Assembly: GCA_030647205.1 (NCBI GenBank)
Contig: JAUSJO010000005.1
Location: 202,523 to 266,522, forward strand
DNA length: 64,000 nt
From: a bacterium
GTDB lineage: Bacteria > Patescibacteriota > CPR2 > UBA1875 > JAJYID01
Direction of reading: 5' to 3'
Shown: positions 29,206 to 37,245 of the stretch, piece after piece
Layout: the number at the start of each line of letters is the position of its first letter
Position numbering within the stretch: position 1 is the stretch's first letter
Program-made: the position numbers and the translations under genes
Notes under the pieces: model-generated
Told to the model about the DNA's origin: nothing
The model's input: the letters and a program-made list of their open reading frames with translations, nothing else
Database searches by the model: none

Positions 29206-30396
29206 ATGGGCTCTATATCAAGACTTAGGAAAAGTCCGCCTGACTTTGGCCTTTTTATAGTCATTATCCTACTTGTTGTTTTTGGTGTAATTTTCTTAAG
29301 CAGCGCATCGAGTGTAATAAGTTTCCACGAATATGGCGATTCTCGTTACATGTTCTTGAAGCAAGTTGTGGGTATCATTATCGGTTTTGTTGCGATGGGA
29401 ATATTCTATAAAGTTGACGTGAAATATTGGAAAAAGATTGCATTTCCCATGCTTATTATCAGTATTATCACATTGATTGCGGTATTTATCCCAGGTCTCG
29501 GAGTGGAACATGGCGGGGCAAGAAGATGGATAGATATTGGTCCAATACAGATCCAGCCTTCAGAATTTTTAAAATTTTCGATAATAATTTATCTTGCCAG
29601 TCTTTTCGAGAAGAAGGGGGTTGAGGTTAGAGACACTTATGGAGGTTTAATTCCTTTCTTGGTCCTAGTGGGCTTCATGGGTCTTTTAATAATGATGCAA
29701 CCGGATATGGGAACGCTACTTGTAATAGTTGTAATATCGGTTTCAATGTATTTTATCTCGGGCGCAAAAATGAGTCATCTTGTCGCTATGGGTCTGGCGG
29801 GGATTGCTGGTCTTGTTCTGCTTATCAAAGTCTCTCCGTATCGAATGCAAAGGTTCTTAGTGTTTTTAAACCCCGATCAATACGCTGATCACGCGGCGGG
29901 GTATCAGACCAAGCAAGCGCTTATCGCGATAGGTTCTGGGGGTTTAATCGGGCGAGGCTTTGGCCAATCACTTCAAAAATACCGTTATCTTCCCGAAGCA
30001 TCTACGGACTCAATATTTGCGATAATTTCTGAGGAAAGAGGTATCATTGGTGCAGCTGCGATATTTATTCTCTTTGTAGCTTTTGGTTATTTTGGTTTTA
30101 AAGTAGCAAGAGGAGCTCCTGACGCTTACACTAGACTTTTGGCAGTGGGGATAACAAGCTGGATAGTTTTTCAGGCTATCTTGAATATCTGTGCGACACT
30201 TTCTCTCGTTCCATTGACTGGTGTGACTTTGCCATTCATAAGTTTTGGTGGCACCTCGATAGTTATGGTCATAGCGTCATGTGGTATTTTACTTAATATT
30301 TCAAAGAATACTAAAGAAAGGACAAGCGATGAAGGCAATCGTAGCGGGAGGCGGTTCAGGAGGGCACATAACGCCAATCTTGGCAGTAGTCAGTGA
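29206..30396 (+). CDS. ftsW: SEDS-family peptidoglycan polymerase FtsW
   Basis: 396 aa; multi-TM SEDS protein; dcw position after mraY. Confidence 0.9.
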   Translation: MGSISRLRKSPPDFGLFIVIILLVVFGVIFLSSASSVISFHEYGDSRYMFLKQVVGIIIGFVAMGIFYKVDVKYWKKIAFPMLIISIITLIAVFIPGLGVEHGGARRWIDIGPIQIQPSEFLKFSIIIYLASLFEKKGVEVRDTYGGLIPFLVLVGFMGLLIMMQPDMGTLLVIVVISVSMYFISGAKMSHLVAMGLAGIAGLVLLIKVSPYRMQRFLVFLNPDQYADHAAGYQTKQALIAIGSGGLIGRGFGQSLQKYRYLPEASTDSIFAIISEERGIIGAAAIFILFVAFGYFGFKVARGAPDAYTRLLAVGITSWIVFQAILNICATLSLVPLTGVTLPFISFGGTSIVMVIASCGILLNISKNTKERTSDEGNRSGRRFRRAHNANLGSSQ

Positions 30397-31525
30397 ATTA
30401 AAAAATAAAGATCAATCGTCTGAGATAGTTTTTATTGGCTCTAGGGGCGGTATAGAGGGTAAGTTAATTCCTGAAAAAGGAATAAAAAACCTAACTATTT
30501 CGAGTGGGAAATTTAGGAGATATCATCGAAGTAAGATACTGAATGTAATCGACCCGATGACTATTTTTAAAAATACGGTTGATTTTAAAAGGTTTGTTTT
30601 CGGGATCTTTGATTCTTTGAAGATATTAAAAGAAGAAGATCCGGATGTCGTATTTTTAAAAGGCGGCCATGTTTCTTTACCCGTCGGAATAGCTTGTCGT
30701 ATCAAGGGATATCCTTATTTTATTCATGAGTCGGACGTTATTCCCGGGCTTGCCAATAAAATATTGTTAAAAAAAGCAAAAAAAATATTTGTTTCACATC
30801 CTCTTGATAACTTTCCAGACATTGATAAGGATAGGATGGTTTACTCTGGAAATCCTATACGTAAAGATATTCTAGAGGGTGATAGAAAAAGAGCATATGA
30901 AATTTTTGAGCTTAAAAAAGATCTAAAAACTATCCTTGTTTTAGGTGGTAGTCAGGGTGCCCATGCTATTAATGAGCTAGTTGCTGAAAAACTGGATAGT
31001 TATCTCCAAAAGTATCAGATAATACATATTTCAGGCGACTGGGACTATGATTGGCTTGAGTATAAGAGCAAAAAGACGTCGAATAAAGATAGATATAAAC
31101 TTGCCGGCTTCTTAACTGGTGAACTCAAAGATGCTTATCAGATAGCAGACCTAGTTATAACAAGAGCAAGTAATAGTGTTTTAACGGAAATAGCTGCACT
31201 TAAAAAACCTGCTTTGGTTATACCTCTTGAGTCTTCAGCGAATGACCATCAGTTGGCAAACGCAAAAGCTTATTCGCGCCAAGGTGCGGTCTATGTGATG
31301 CTCCAAAGCCACTTGTCTCCCGACAAGTTATTTAAGCAGGTTGACTCTCTGTTAAATGATCCGGAAGAACTATCTTTTATGAGTGAGAAGATGCACAAGT
31401 TCTATAAGGAAGATGCGGCAGAAATTATCGCAAACCAACTGATTAGTTTCTACAAAGAAACGCAGAGGGTAGAAAAAGAAAGGGAAAATGAAGAGAGGGA
31501 ACGTAAGACCAAAAAGAACCGATAA
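30329..31525 (+). CDS. murG: UDP-GlcNAc--Mur-(pentapeptide)-PP-undecaprenol GlcNAc transferase MurG with charged C-terminal tail
   Basis: Start chosen at ATG 30329 (MKAIVAGGGSGGHITPILAV, canonical MurG N-terminus) rather than ORF-track 30281; overlaps ftsW 3' end by 68 nt; C-terminal E/K/R-rich ~30 aa. Confidence 0.85.
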   Translation: MKAIVAGGGSGGHITPILAVVSELKNKDQSSEIVFIGSRGGIEGKLIPEKGIKNLTISSGKFRRYHRSKILNVIDPMTIFKNTVDFKRFVFGIFDSLKILKEEDPDVVFLKGGHVSLPVGIACRIKGYPYFIHESDVIPGLANKILLKKAKKIFVSHPLDNFPDIDKDRMVYSGNPIRKDILEGDRKRAYEIFELKKDLKTILVLGGSQGAHAINELVAEKLDSYLQKYQIIHISGDWDYDWLEYKSKKTSNKDRYKLAGFLTGELKDAYQIADLVITRASNSVLTEIAALKKPALVIPLESSANDHQLANAKAYSRQGAVYVMLQSHLSPDKLFKQVDSLLNDPEELSFMSEKMHKFYKEDAAEIIANQLISFYKETQRVEKERENEERERKTKKNR

Positions 31526-32306
31526 GGTTCATCGGCAAAAGAATAACCTTGCCTATAGGCGGACGGAGATAGATACTCAGGAAAAGTTTGATGTATCTAA
31601 GATTTATTATTTTCTTATTTTTATTACGGTTATAGGTATCGCCTACCTCGTGCTTTTTTCCGGTGCATTTAATGTTAAGCAGGTGAATATAAGTGGGACA
31701 AAAGATGTAAACCCGGATGATGTAAGGGCTAATATAACGAGAAAACTGGAATCCGGAATATTTAAAAATAACATCTTCTTGCTTGATACGGATACTGCCA
31801 GCAGAGAGCTGAAAAAGAAATATGCATTAAAGAGTATAAAAATAAAAAAGAATTATCCGAATAGGGTAGATGTTGTTTTGGATGAGTACGTTATTGATCT
31901 GAATTGGTTATCCGGCGGGAAATATTATTACATTGATGAGAAGGGGAAGGCAGTCGGTGTCTACACTAAAAGCAGAGAAAATATTCCAATAGTGGAGGAC
32001 AAAAAAAATGTGCCAGTTGAAGTAGGGAAGAGCATGGTGACCGTGGACTTCATTAATTTTATTAAATATTTAAATCAGAACTTCTCAAGTGTTAAGAATG
32101 CTAAGATTTCCAAAATAGAAATAAATGAAAGCTTTAATGAAATCAATGTTTACTCAAGTCTTGGATTTTATATTATTTTTGACACCACCAGGGATCCTGC
32201 TCAGGAGATAAAAAATCTTAATACCGCGCTTGCCAGTAAAGACCTGTCTTCAAAGAAGCCAATGTATATGGATATGAGGATAAAAAACAAAGTTTTTTAT
32301 AAGTAA
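31488..32306 (+). CDS. ftsQ: FtsQ/DivIB-like cell-division protein (TM + POTRA)
   Basis: 272 aa; basic N-terminus, one TM, POTRA-like region; dcw position after murG. Confidence 0.6.
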   Translation: MKRGNVRPKRTDKVHRQKNNLAYRRTEIDTQEKFDVSKIYYFLIFITVIGIAYLVLFSGAFNVKQVNISGTKDVNPDDVRANITRKLESGIFKNNIFLLDTDTASRELKKKYALKSIKIKKNYPNRVDVVLDEYVIDLNWLSGGKYYYIDEKGKAVGVYTKSRENIPIVEDKKNVPVEVGKSMVTVDFINFIKYLNQNFSSVKNAKISKIEINESFNEINVYSSLGFYIIFDTTRDPAQEIKNLNTALASKDLSSKKPMYMDMRIKNKVFYK

Positions 32307-32627
32307 TACGTATTCTTTAGGTACTCTGTACCCGTGTACTCAATGTCGCCCAAGATACATTGTGCGACATTAACACTGCCGGTCTCCTAGTACCTCTTTT
32401 CTTCTTTTTAGGCCGTAGATTTATACTATTAAATAAACATTTGTCTTATAACTATTCTACAGTTGTCAGAACATAGTGTTTTAGAATAGTTATTTAATTT
32501 ATTTATTAAAGCATGTCGTATCGCCGGGTTTCGTTTCGTGATGACTTTTTACTTGAAAAATGAAAGGGGGAAGTAGGTAATGCTAACAGGTATTACTTTT
32601 AAGATAAAGCATCTGTATGGCTGCCTG

Positions 32628-35600
32628 CTATCTTTTTATGCCAGCGCTCTCCCCTTCTTTTTGATCAACAATAATAATCTTTTCATTTGGTAATATTTCT
32701 TTAAGTCCCAGGAACTCTTCCCTGGTTATCTTTCTGACATTTTCATCTTCGGCATCGGCAAACTTTTTTGTCATAATATTTGCTTGTCCGAATCTTGAGA
32801 CGGTACCCGTATTGCTTGCGGCCGGTACGGTTTTATTCGGTTGAATAGTCGTGTTTACTGGTTGCGGCTGAACTCTCGTTTGTTGTTGGGGTGTTTGAGA
32901 TGGCATCTCCTGCGTACGTTGTCTTTGTTGTATCTGTGGCTTTACTTGTGCTTGCTTTGGTTGTACAACAGGCTCTTGCCTCTCAACTCTTTCTACTTCT
33001 GCCCCGCCGGTGATTTTAGTTATTTTTATTTCCGGTTTATCGCTCTCCCCTTCTGGCTTTGATTCTGTCACAGCTTTTGCGAGTTTTTCTTTAATTGTTT
33101 CTGTTGTAGAATCGGACCGAACCATGTTGTTTGGTTTGGCTACCACGTTATTTTTTGTAGGGAGTATTCTCTGATTATTTACAGGTGCTATCGTACTTGG
33201 TTTGGGATCTATCTTTAACGATCCTGAAATGGGGGACGAGCTTCCAGTGCTGGTGGGCCTTTCTTCTTTTATAGTCTTTTTTTCTGTTGGCTGAGTTATT
33301 TTTTGAATTATTTTTTTAAGCTCTTCAGGGTCGACACTCTTTTTTATGGGAGTTGCTTCTCTATTTTGGGTTTGGCTTGGATTTGTCCTATTAGTTTCTT
33401 TCTTGTAAGGAGCATTCTGACTGGTTGTCGGCTTGTTGTATTCGGTTCTTCTGGACGAATCAGGTCTGCCAAATGATGGCCTCGCATTTTTTGCAGGAGC
33501 ATTTCTGACGTAATCGTTCTCGTCAAATTTTGATTCATTTTGTCTATCTATCGACCCATCAATATCAAGGCTATCAACATTTGACCATTTCCTAATCTGT
33601 TCTTCTATCTCTTCTCTCGGTTTTGCATATTTCTCTCTTGATAGTGCTATAATTTTTTCAACATTGTCACCGGTTCCTTCTCCTACAAATAATGATTTTG
33701 CGCTGAAGGAATTAGTAGCCACTCCATCTATCAACATGTTTAGATACATGTGTTGGTTATCTAGGCCGATAAGGTCATCCTTTTCAAAAGTTGGACTGAA
33801 CTCTTTCTCTAAATATGTTGCATCTGTAGCGCCAACTCTGAAAGATATTAGTGTACCAATGTTACCGAAAACCGCGTCTCTTACAGTTTCCTCCATCTGT
33901 GCAACGTACTGGTTGGCAAGTATCAGACCTAGTCTATATTTTCTGGCTTCTGACAGTATTTTCGCGAAAGCTTCTGTAGCAAAATTTTGGAACTCATCGA
34001 CGTAGAGGAAGAAATCTTTTCTATCTTCAGGATTTATTCTCGCTCTTGCCATCGCCGCAAGCTGCATCTTCGTAATCATCAGAGAACCTAAAAGTTCTGA
34101 GTTGTCTTCTCCAATTTTTCCTGAAGAAAGGTCAACCAATATTATTTTCTGACTATTCATAGCATCTTCAAAATCAAAAGTTTCCTTCGTTTGACCTATT
34201 ATATTTCTTATTGTGGGAGATGCCGTAAACTGCCCTACTTTATTCAAAATTGGAGCCACTGCCTCTGTAGCAAATTTATCATTGTAAGTTGAAAACTCTT
34301 TCAACCAAAAAGTTTTAACCACCGGATCTTCTACATAAGTCAGGACTTTTTTACGGAAGTCTTTATCTGTTAATATTTTTACCACATCCAACATGGTGGT
34401 ATCCGGATAATATGTAAGAGCTAAAATAGCGTATCTCATTAAATACTCTAACCTTGGTCCCCAACTGTAACCAAACTGTTTCTTAAAAACAGATACAAAC
34501 CCACTTGCAACTCCTTCTCGAAGTTCCGGGGTCGCTTTCATTGGGTTAAAACCAACGGGGAAATCTTTGTCCGCAGGATTTATATAAACTACATCTTCTA
34601 TTCTGTGGTCAGGTATTTTTTTCAGGATATCATGGATAAGTTCTCCGTGAGGATCAACGATGCCCACTCCCTCACCTCTTTCTATATCATCTACAGCGAG
34701 GAGTTCTAGCAGTTTTGATTTACCTGCGCCGGACTTACCCAGGACATACATATGACGCCTTCTGTCGTCTTTCTTTATCCCAAACCTTCTTAGCTGTCCC
34801 CTGAATGTTGTCTCGGCGAAAACGGTTAAATCATTTTTATCTACTGTTGGGTCATCTACGTAAGGAAGATTTGCCGGCGGCTCGCCTTTTTTTGATGATG
34901 TCCAAACGATGTTTGGTGTTTCCACGGAAGCATGAGGAAGATGATAAAGACTGGCGACTTCTTCAATATTTAAAACGAAACCTTTGTCAGTAAAAAGTCT
35001 GGCACGGTATTCATTCAAGACTTCTCTGCCGGTTTTTATTTTTGTTGGAGTGAAACCGTTTCCAAGTGTTGTATTAAACTGTTTAAATGCGCCGGCCGTA
35101 ATGCGCAAATGTTGTTTTGCCAGTTCCCGTGTCTTGGCGATATAAACTAATCTGATCTTTACTTGGTAGCCAAGTTTGTTAGCCTTTTCCTCTAGCCCTG
35201 CTAAAGATGTCTCTACATTGTGAGGAAGCTTGGTATCTCCTCCACCGTTTTTTGAATCTTCAGGAGGGAAAATAGCATTAACAATTGTGGTCATCAAAAT
35301 TGCGGGGAGAGATAAGAGTCCATGCAATATCCCAGATTTTGAGAAAAGTTTTGGCCCGGAACCGTTTTTCAAGTTTTCGGCATACTGGAGCCCCTTATTC
35401 CGCCAAGTATCAGAAACCGGACGTGTAAGTATTTGTATCCACATTTTTTCTGAGCTGTCTTCTATCTTTGAGAGAGCTCCGGTTATCCCCGCTAAAGGGT
35501 CAACCTCAAAACTCATAAATGTTTTTATTGGGAAGTAGTCGGGTTTGACTAGTTTTAGCTCGCACCCGGCCACGCAGTCGTCAACCCCATCGTTATCGAT

Positions 35601-36023
35601 GTCTATAATTCTAGAGTAGTCATCGACCGTTGCGATTTCTGCAGTTGGATACTGGGCATAAATCTGTCCCTCTGTGAAATTCTGAAGATCTTTAGGAACC
35701 CAGACATAGAACATTATTGATTTGGAATCAGCAACCATTTCGAAACTGATATGCTCCTGTATGCTTCCCTCTTTCTTGTGCTCTATTTCAGGTTTGAGTA
35801 TTCCATGGAGACTGGCAAACATCATTTCGGCGGATGTTGGTCCCTTTTCGCTATTTTTAGGTATTTTTACAGCCAAAACTACACTTTCAAGATTTTCTTC
35901 AACCCATTTGCTTTTTCTGAAGTTCTGAAAAGTAATAACTCCGACTATGAGAACTATGATTGGCCAAGTCCACATCAAAAGCTGAACAATACCCTTAAAA
36001 ATGTATATTAAAATTTCAAACAT
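32628..36023 (-). CDS. Membrane-anchored VirD4/TraD/TrwB-like (type IV coupling protein / HerA-DUF87-like) P-loop ATPase with ~300-aa disordered P/Q/T/K-rich C-terminal tail
   Basis: 1131 aa; N-terminal TM helices; Walker A YVLGKSGAGKSKLL, GIVDPHGEL, Walker B LYVDEFQNF, YRLGLILANQ; C-terminal third is low-complexity (…QPKQAQVKPQIQQRQRTQEMPSQTPQQQTRVQPQP…). Confidence 0.6.
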   Translation of the reverse strand: MFEILIYIFKGIVQLLMWTWPIIVLIVGVITFQNFRKSKWVEENLESVVLAVKIPKNSEKGPTSAEMMFASLHGILKPEIEHKKEGSIQEHISFEMVADSKSIMFYVWVPKDLQNFTEGQIYAQYPTAEIATVDDYSRIIDIDNDGVDDCVAGCELKLVKPDYFPIKTFMSFEVDPLAGITGALSKIEDSSEKMWIQILTRPVSDTWRNKGLQYAENLKNGSGPKLFSKSGILHGLLSLPAILMTTIVNAIFPPEDSKNGGGDTKLPHNVETSLAGLEEKANKLGYQVKIRLVYIAKTRELAKQHLRITAGAFKQFNTTLGNGFTPTKIKTGREVLNEYRARLFTDKGFVLNIEEVASLYHLPHASVETPNIVWTSSKKGEPPANLPYVDDPTVDKNDLTVFAETTFRGQLRRFGIKKDDRRRHMYVLGKSGAGKSKLLELLAVDDIERGEGVGIVDPHGELIHDILKKIPDHRIEDVVYINPADKDFPVGFNPMKATPELREGVASGFVSVFKKQFGYSWGPRLEYLMRYAILALTYYPDTTMLDVVKILTDKDFRKKVLTYVEDPVVKTFWLKEFSTYNDKFATEAVAPILNKVGQFTASPTIRNIIGQTKETFDFEDAMNSQKIILVDLSSGKIGEDNSELLGSLMITKMQLAAMARARINPEDRKDFFLYVDEFQNFATEAFAKILSEARKYRLGLILANQYVAQMEETVRDAVFGNIGTLISFRVGATDATYLEKEFSPTFEKDDLIGLDNQHMYLNMLIDGVATNSFSAKSLFVGEGTGDNVEKIIALSREKYAKPREEIEEQIRKWSNVDSLDIDGSIDRQNESKFDENDYVRNAPAKNARPSFGRPDSSRRTEYNKPTTSQNAPYKKETNRTNPSQTQNREATPIKKSVDPEELKKIIQKITQPTEKKTIKEERPTSTGSSSPISGSLKIDPKPSTIAPVNNQRILPTKNNVVAKPNNMVRSDSTTETIKEKLAKAVTESKPEGESDKPEIKITKITGGAEVERVERQEPVVQPKQAQVKPQIQQRQRTQEMPSQTPQQQTRVQPQPVNTTIQPNKTVPAASNTGTVSRFGQANIMTKKFADAEDENVRKITREEFLGLKEILPNEKIIIVDQKEGESAGIKR

Positions 36024-36040
36024 ATACGATTACTTACCGT

Positions 36041-37105
36041 TTAATTGTCTGCCAATGTGTAGGTTGCTCGTGAGACTCTTTTGAAAGAATTTTTTTGCAG
36101 GTTTAAAATCACAGTAGTCTCTTTCACAATTCTGTGTTTTTTTACATGCTCAATGATTTCATTCTTGTGCATCGGTCGCCCCTGCTCAATCAAAATTTCA
36201 CGGATAACATCTTCAACAACCCCAGGTTTATATCCCCACTCTTGAAGGGCATATATGCCTCGTCCGATTAAAACAAAGCGGTCGTCACGAATGAGTTCAT
36301 TATGTACGGCCTGTTTTGTAACCGGGCGTTTCTGTAGTTTGTGTGCAAGTATTTTTTCCGTGATAGTACTATAGTGAAGAGGTTCTTTATGGCCTTTCAT
36401 TATGATATAGGTCTTATCGCGAATGCTTTTTGGGTTTACTTCTCTCCATGTGATAAGTCCCCATTTTTTATCCTCTGCCTGAAGAACGTCTTTTTTAGCG
36501 CACATTAAAGATTCGACTATTTCTATTTTTTCTGATAATGATTTAGCAATATCTTCTGCGCTTATTACTTTTTTCTTTTCTTCAAGAAGGTTGCTAACTT
36601 CTTTTGACAAGCTTAGTATTTTTTTATTGTCAGTGTTTTTGAGGGTCCAGTAAGTTCTCATTTCTTTATTTTCGCCGTATCGTACCAAGTCATTGTTTAA
36701 AGTAATTAAAAATAGAAATGAATTCATTTCCTTCAGATCCTGTTTTTTTGTGGCGATAAATACGGCAACAAGGCGCTCTTCATTCACAAAACCGCCAAAG
36801 TTATCTATAGTTTTTTCTAGTTTTTCATGGAAAGATTTGATTTCCTGTATGTTTGGTATGGCTTTTTCGAGCTTTGTAGTCGCAACTTTCTCTATTTGAC
36901 GGACTCTTTCTCTTGTAATGCCCAGGTCTTTGCCGATTGCCTCAAGGGTTTTTGGTTTTACACCATTTAAACCATATCTTTCAATCAAAACATTTCTATC
37001 ACGATCTTTTTTGAGTATTTCCTTTGTTAATACAGAAGAAACTTTCTTCCCAAACTCTTGAGAAGTAGTGTTTTTTTCCTTTAAATTTGTGCTTGCTTTA
37101 GCCAT
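36041..37105 (-). CDS. Putative transcription factor: N-terminal sigma-70 region-4 HTH plus two HARE-HTH-like winged-helix modules
   Basis: 354 aa; region-4 signature TLEAIGKDLGITRERVRQIEKVATTKLEK; downstream segments ending KKWGLITWREV and HNELIRDDRFVLIGRGIYALQEWGY match the HARE-HTH terminal motif (DGRFxxxGxGxWGLxxW); no sigma regions 2/3. Confidence 0.5.
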   Translation of the reverse strand: MAKASTNLKEKNTTSQEFGKKVSSVLTKEILKKDRDRNVLIERYGLNGVKPKTLEAIGKDLGITRERVRQIEKVATTKLEKAIPNIQEIKSFHEKLEKTIDNFGGFVNEERLVAVFIATKKQDLKEMNSFLFLITLNNDLVRYGENKEMRTYWTLKNTDNKKILSLSKEVSNLLEEKKKVISAEDIAKSLSEKIEIVESLMCAKKDVLQAEDKKWGLITWREVNPKSIRDKTYIIMKGHKEPLHYSTITEKILAHKLQKRPVTKQAVHNELIRDDRFVLIGRGIYALQEWGYKPGVVEDVIREILIEQGRPMHKNEIIEHVKKHRIVKETTVILNLQKNSFKRVSRATYTLADN

Positions 37106-37245
37106 AAGTAAGTATTTTTATCAATTTTTTCGATTTGCAAGTTAAATTATAGCACAACTGAACCCCCGTGTCAAATGAAAATTTATATTTTCTGAGCACA
37201 AATTATGAGCGATTCAAGCGGTTTTTCGCTATAACATTCGATCAG

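Noticed and set aside
30281-30328. ORF-track 5' extension of murG
   Set aside because: MurG's conserved N-terminus (MKAIVAGGGSGGH) starts at 30329; the extension lies inside ftsW.
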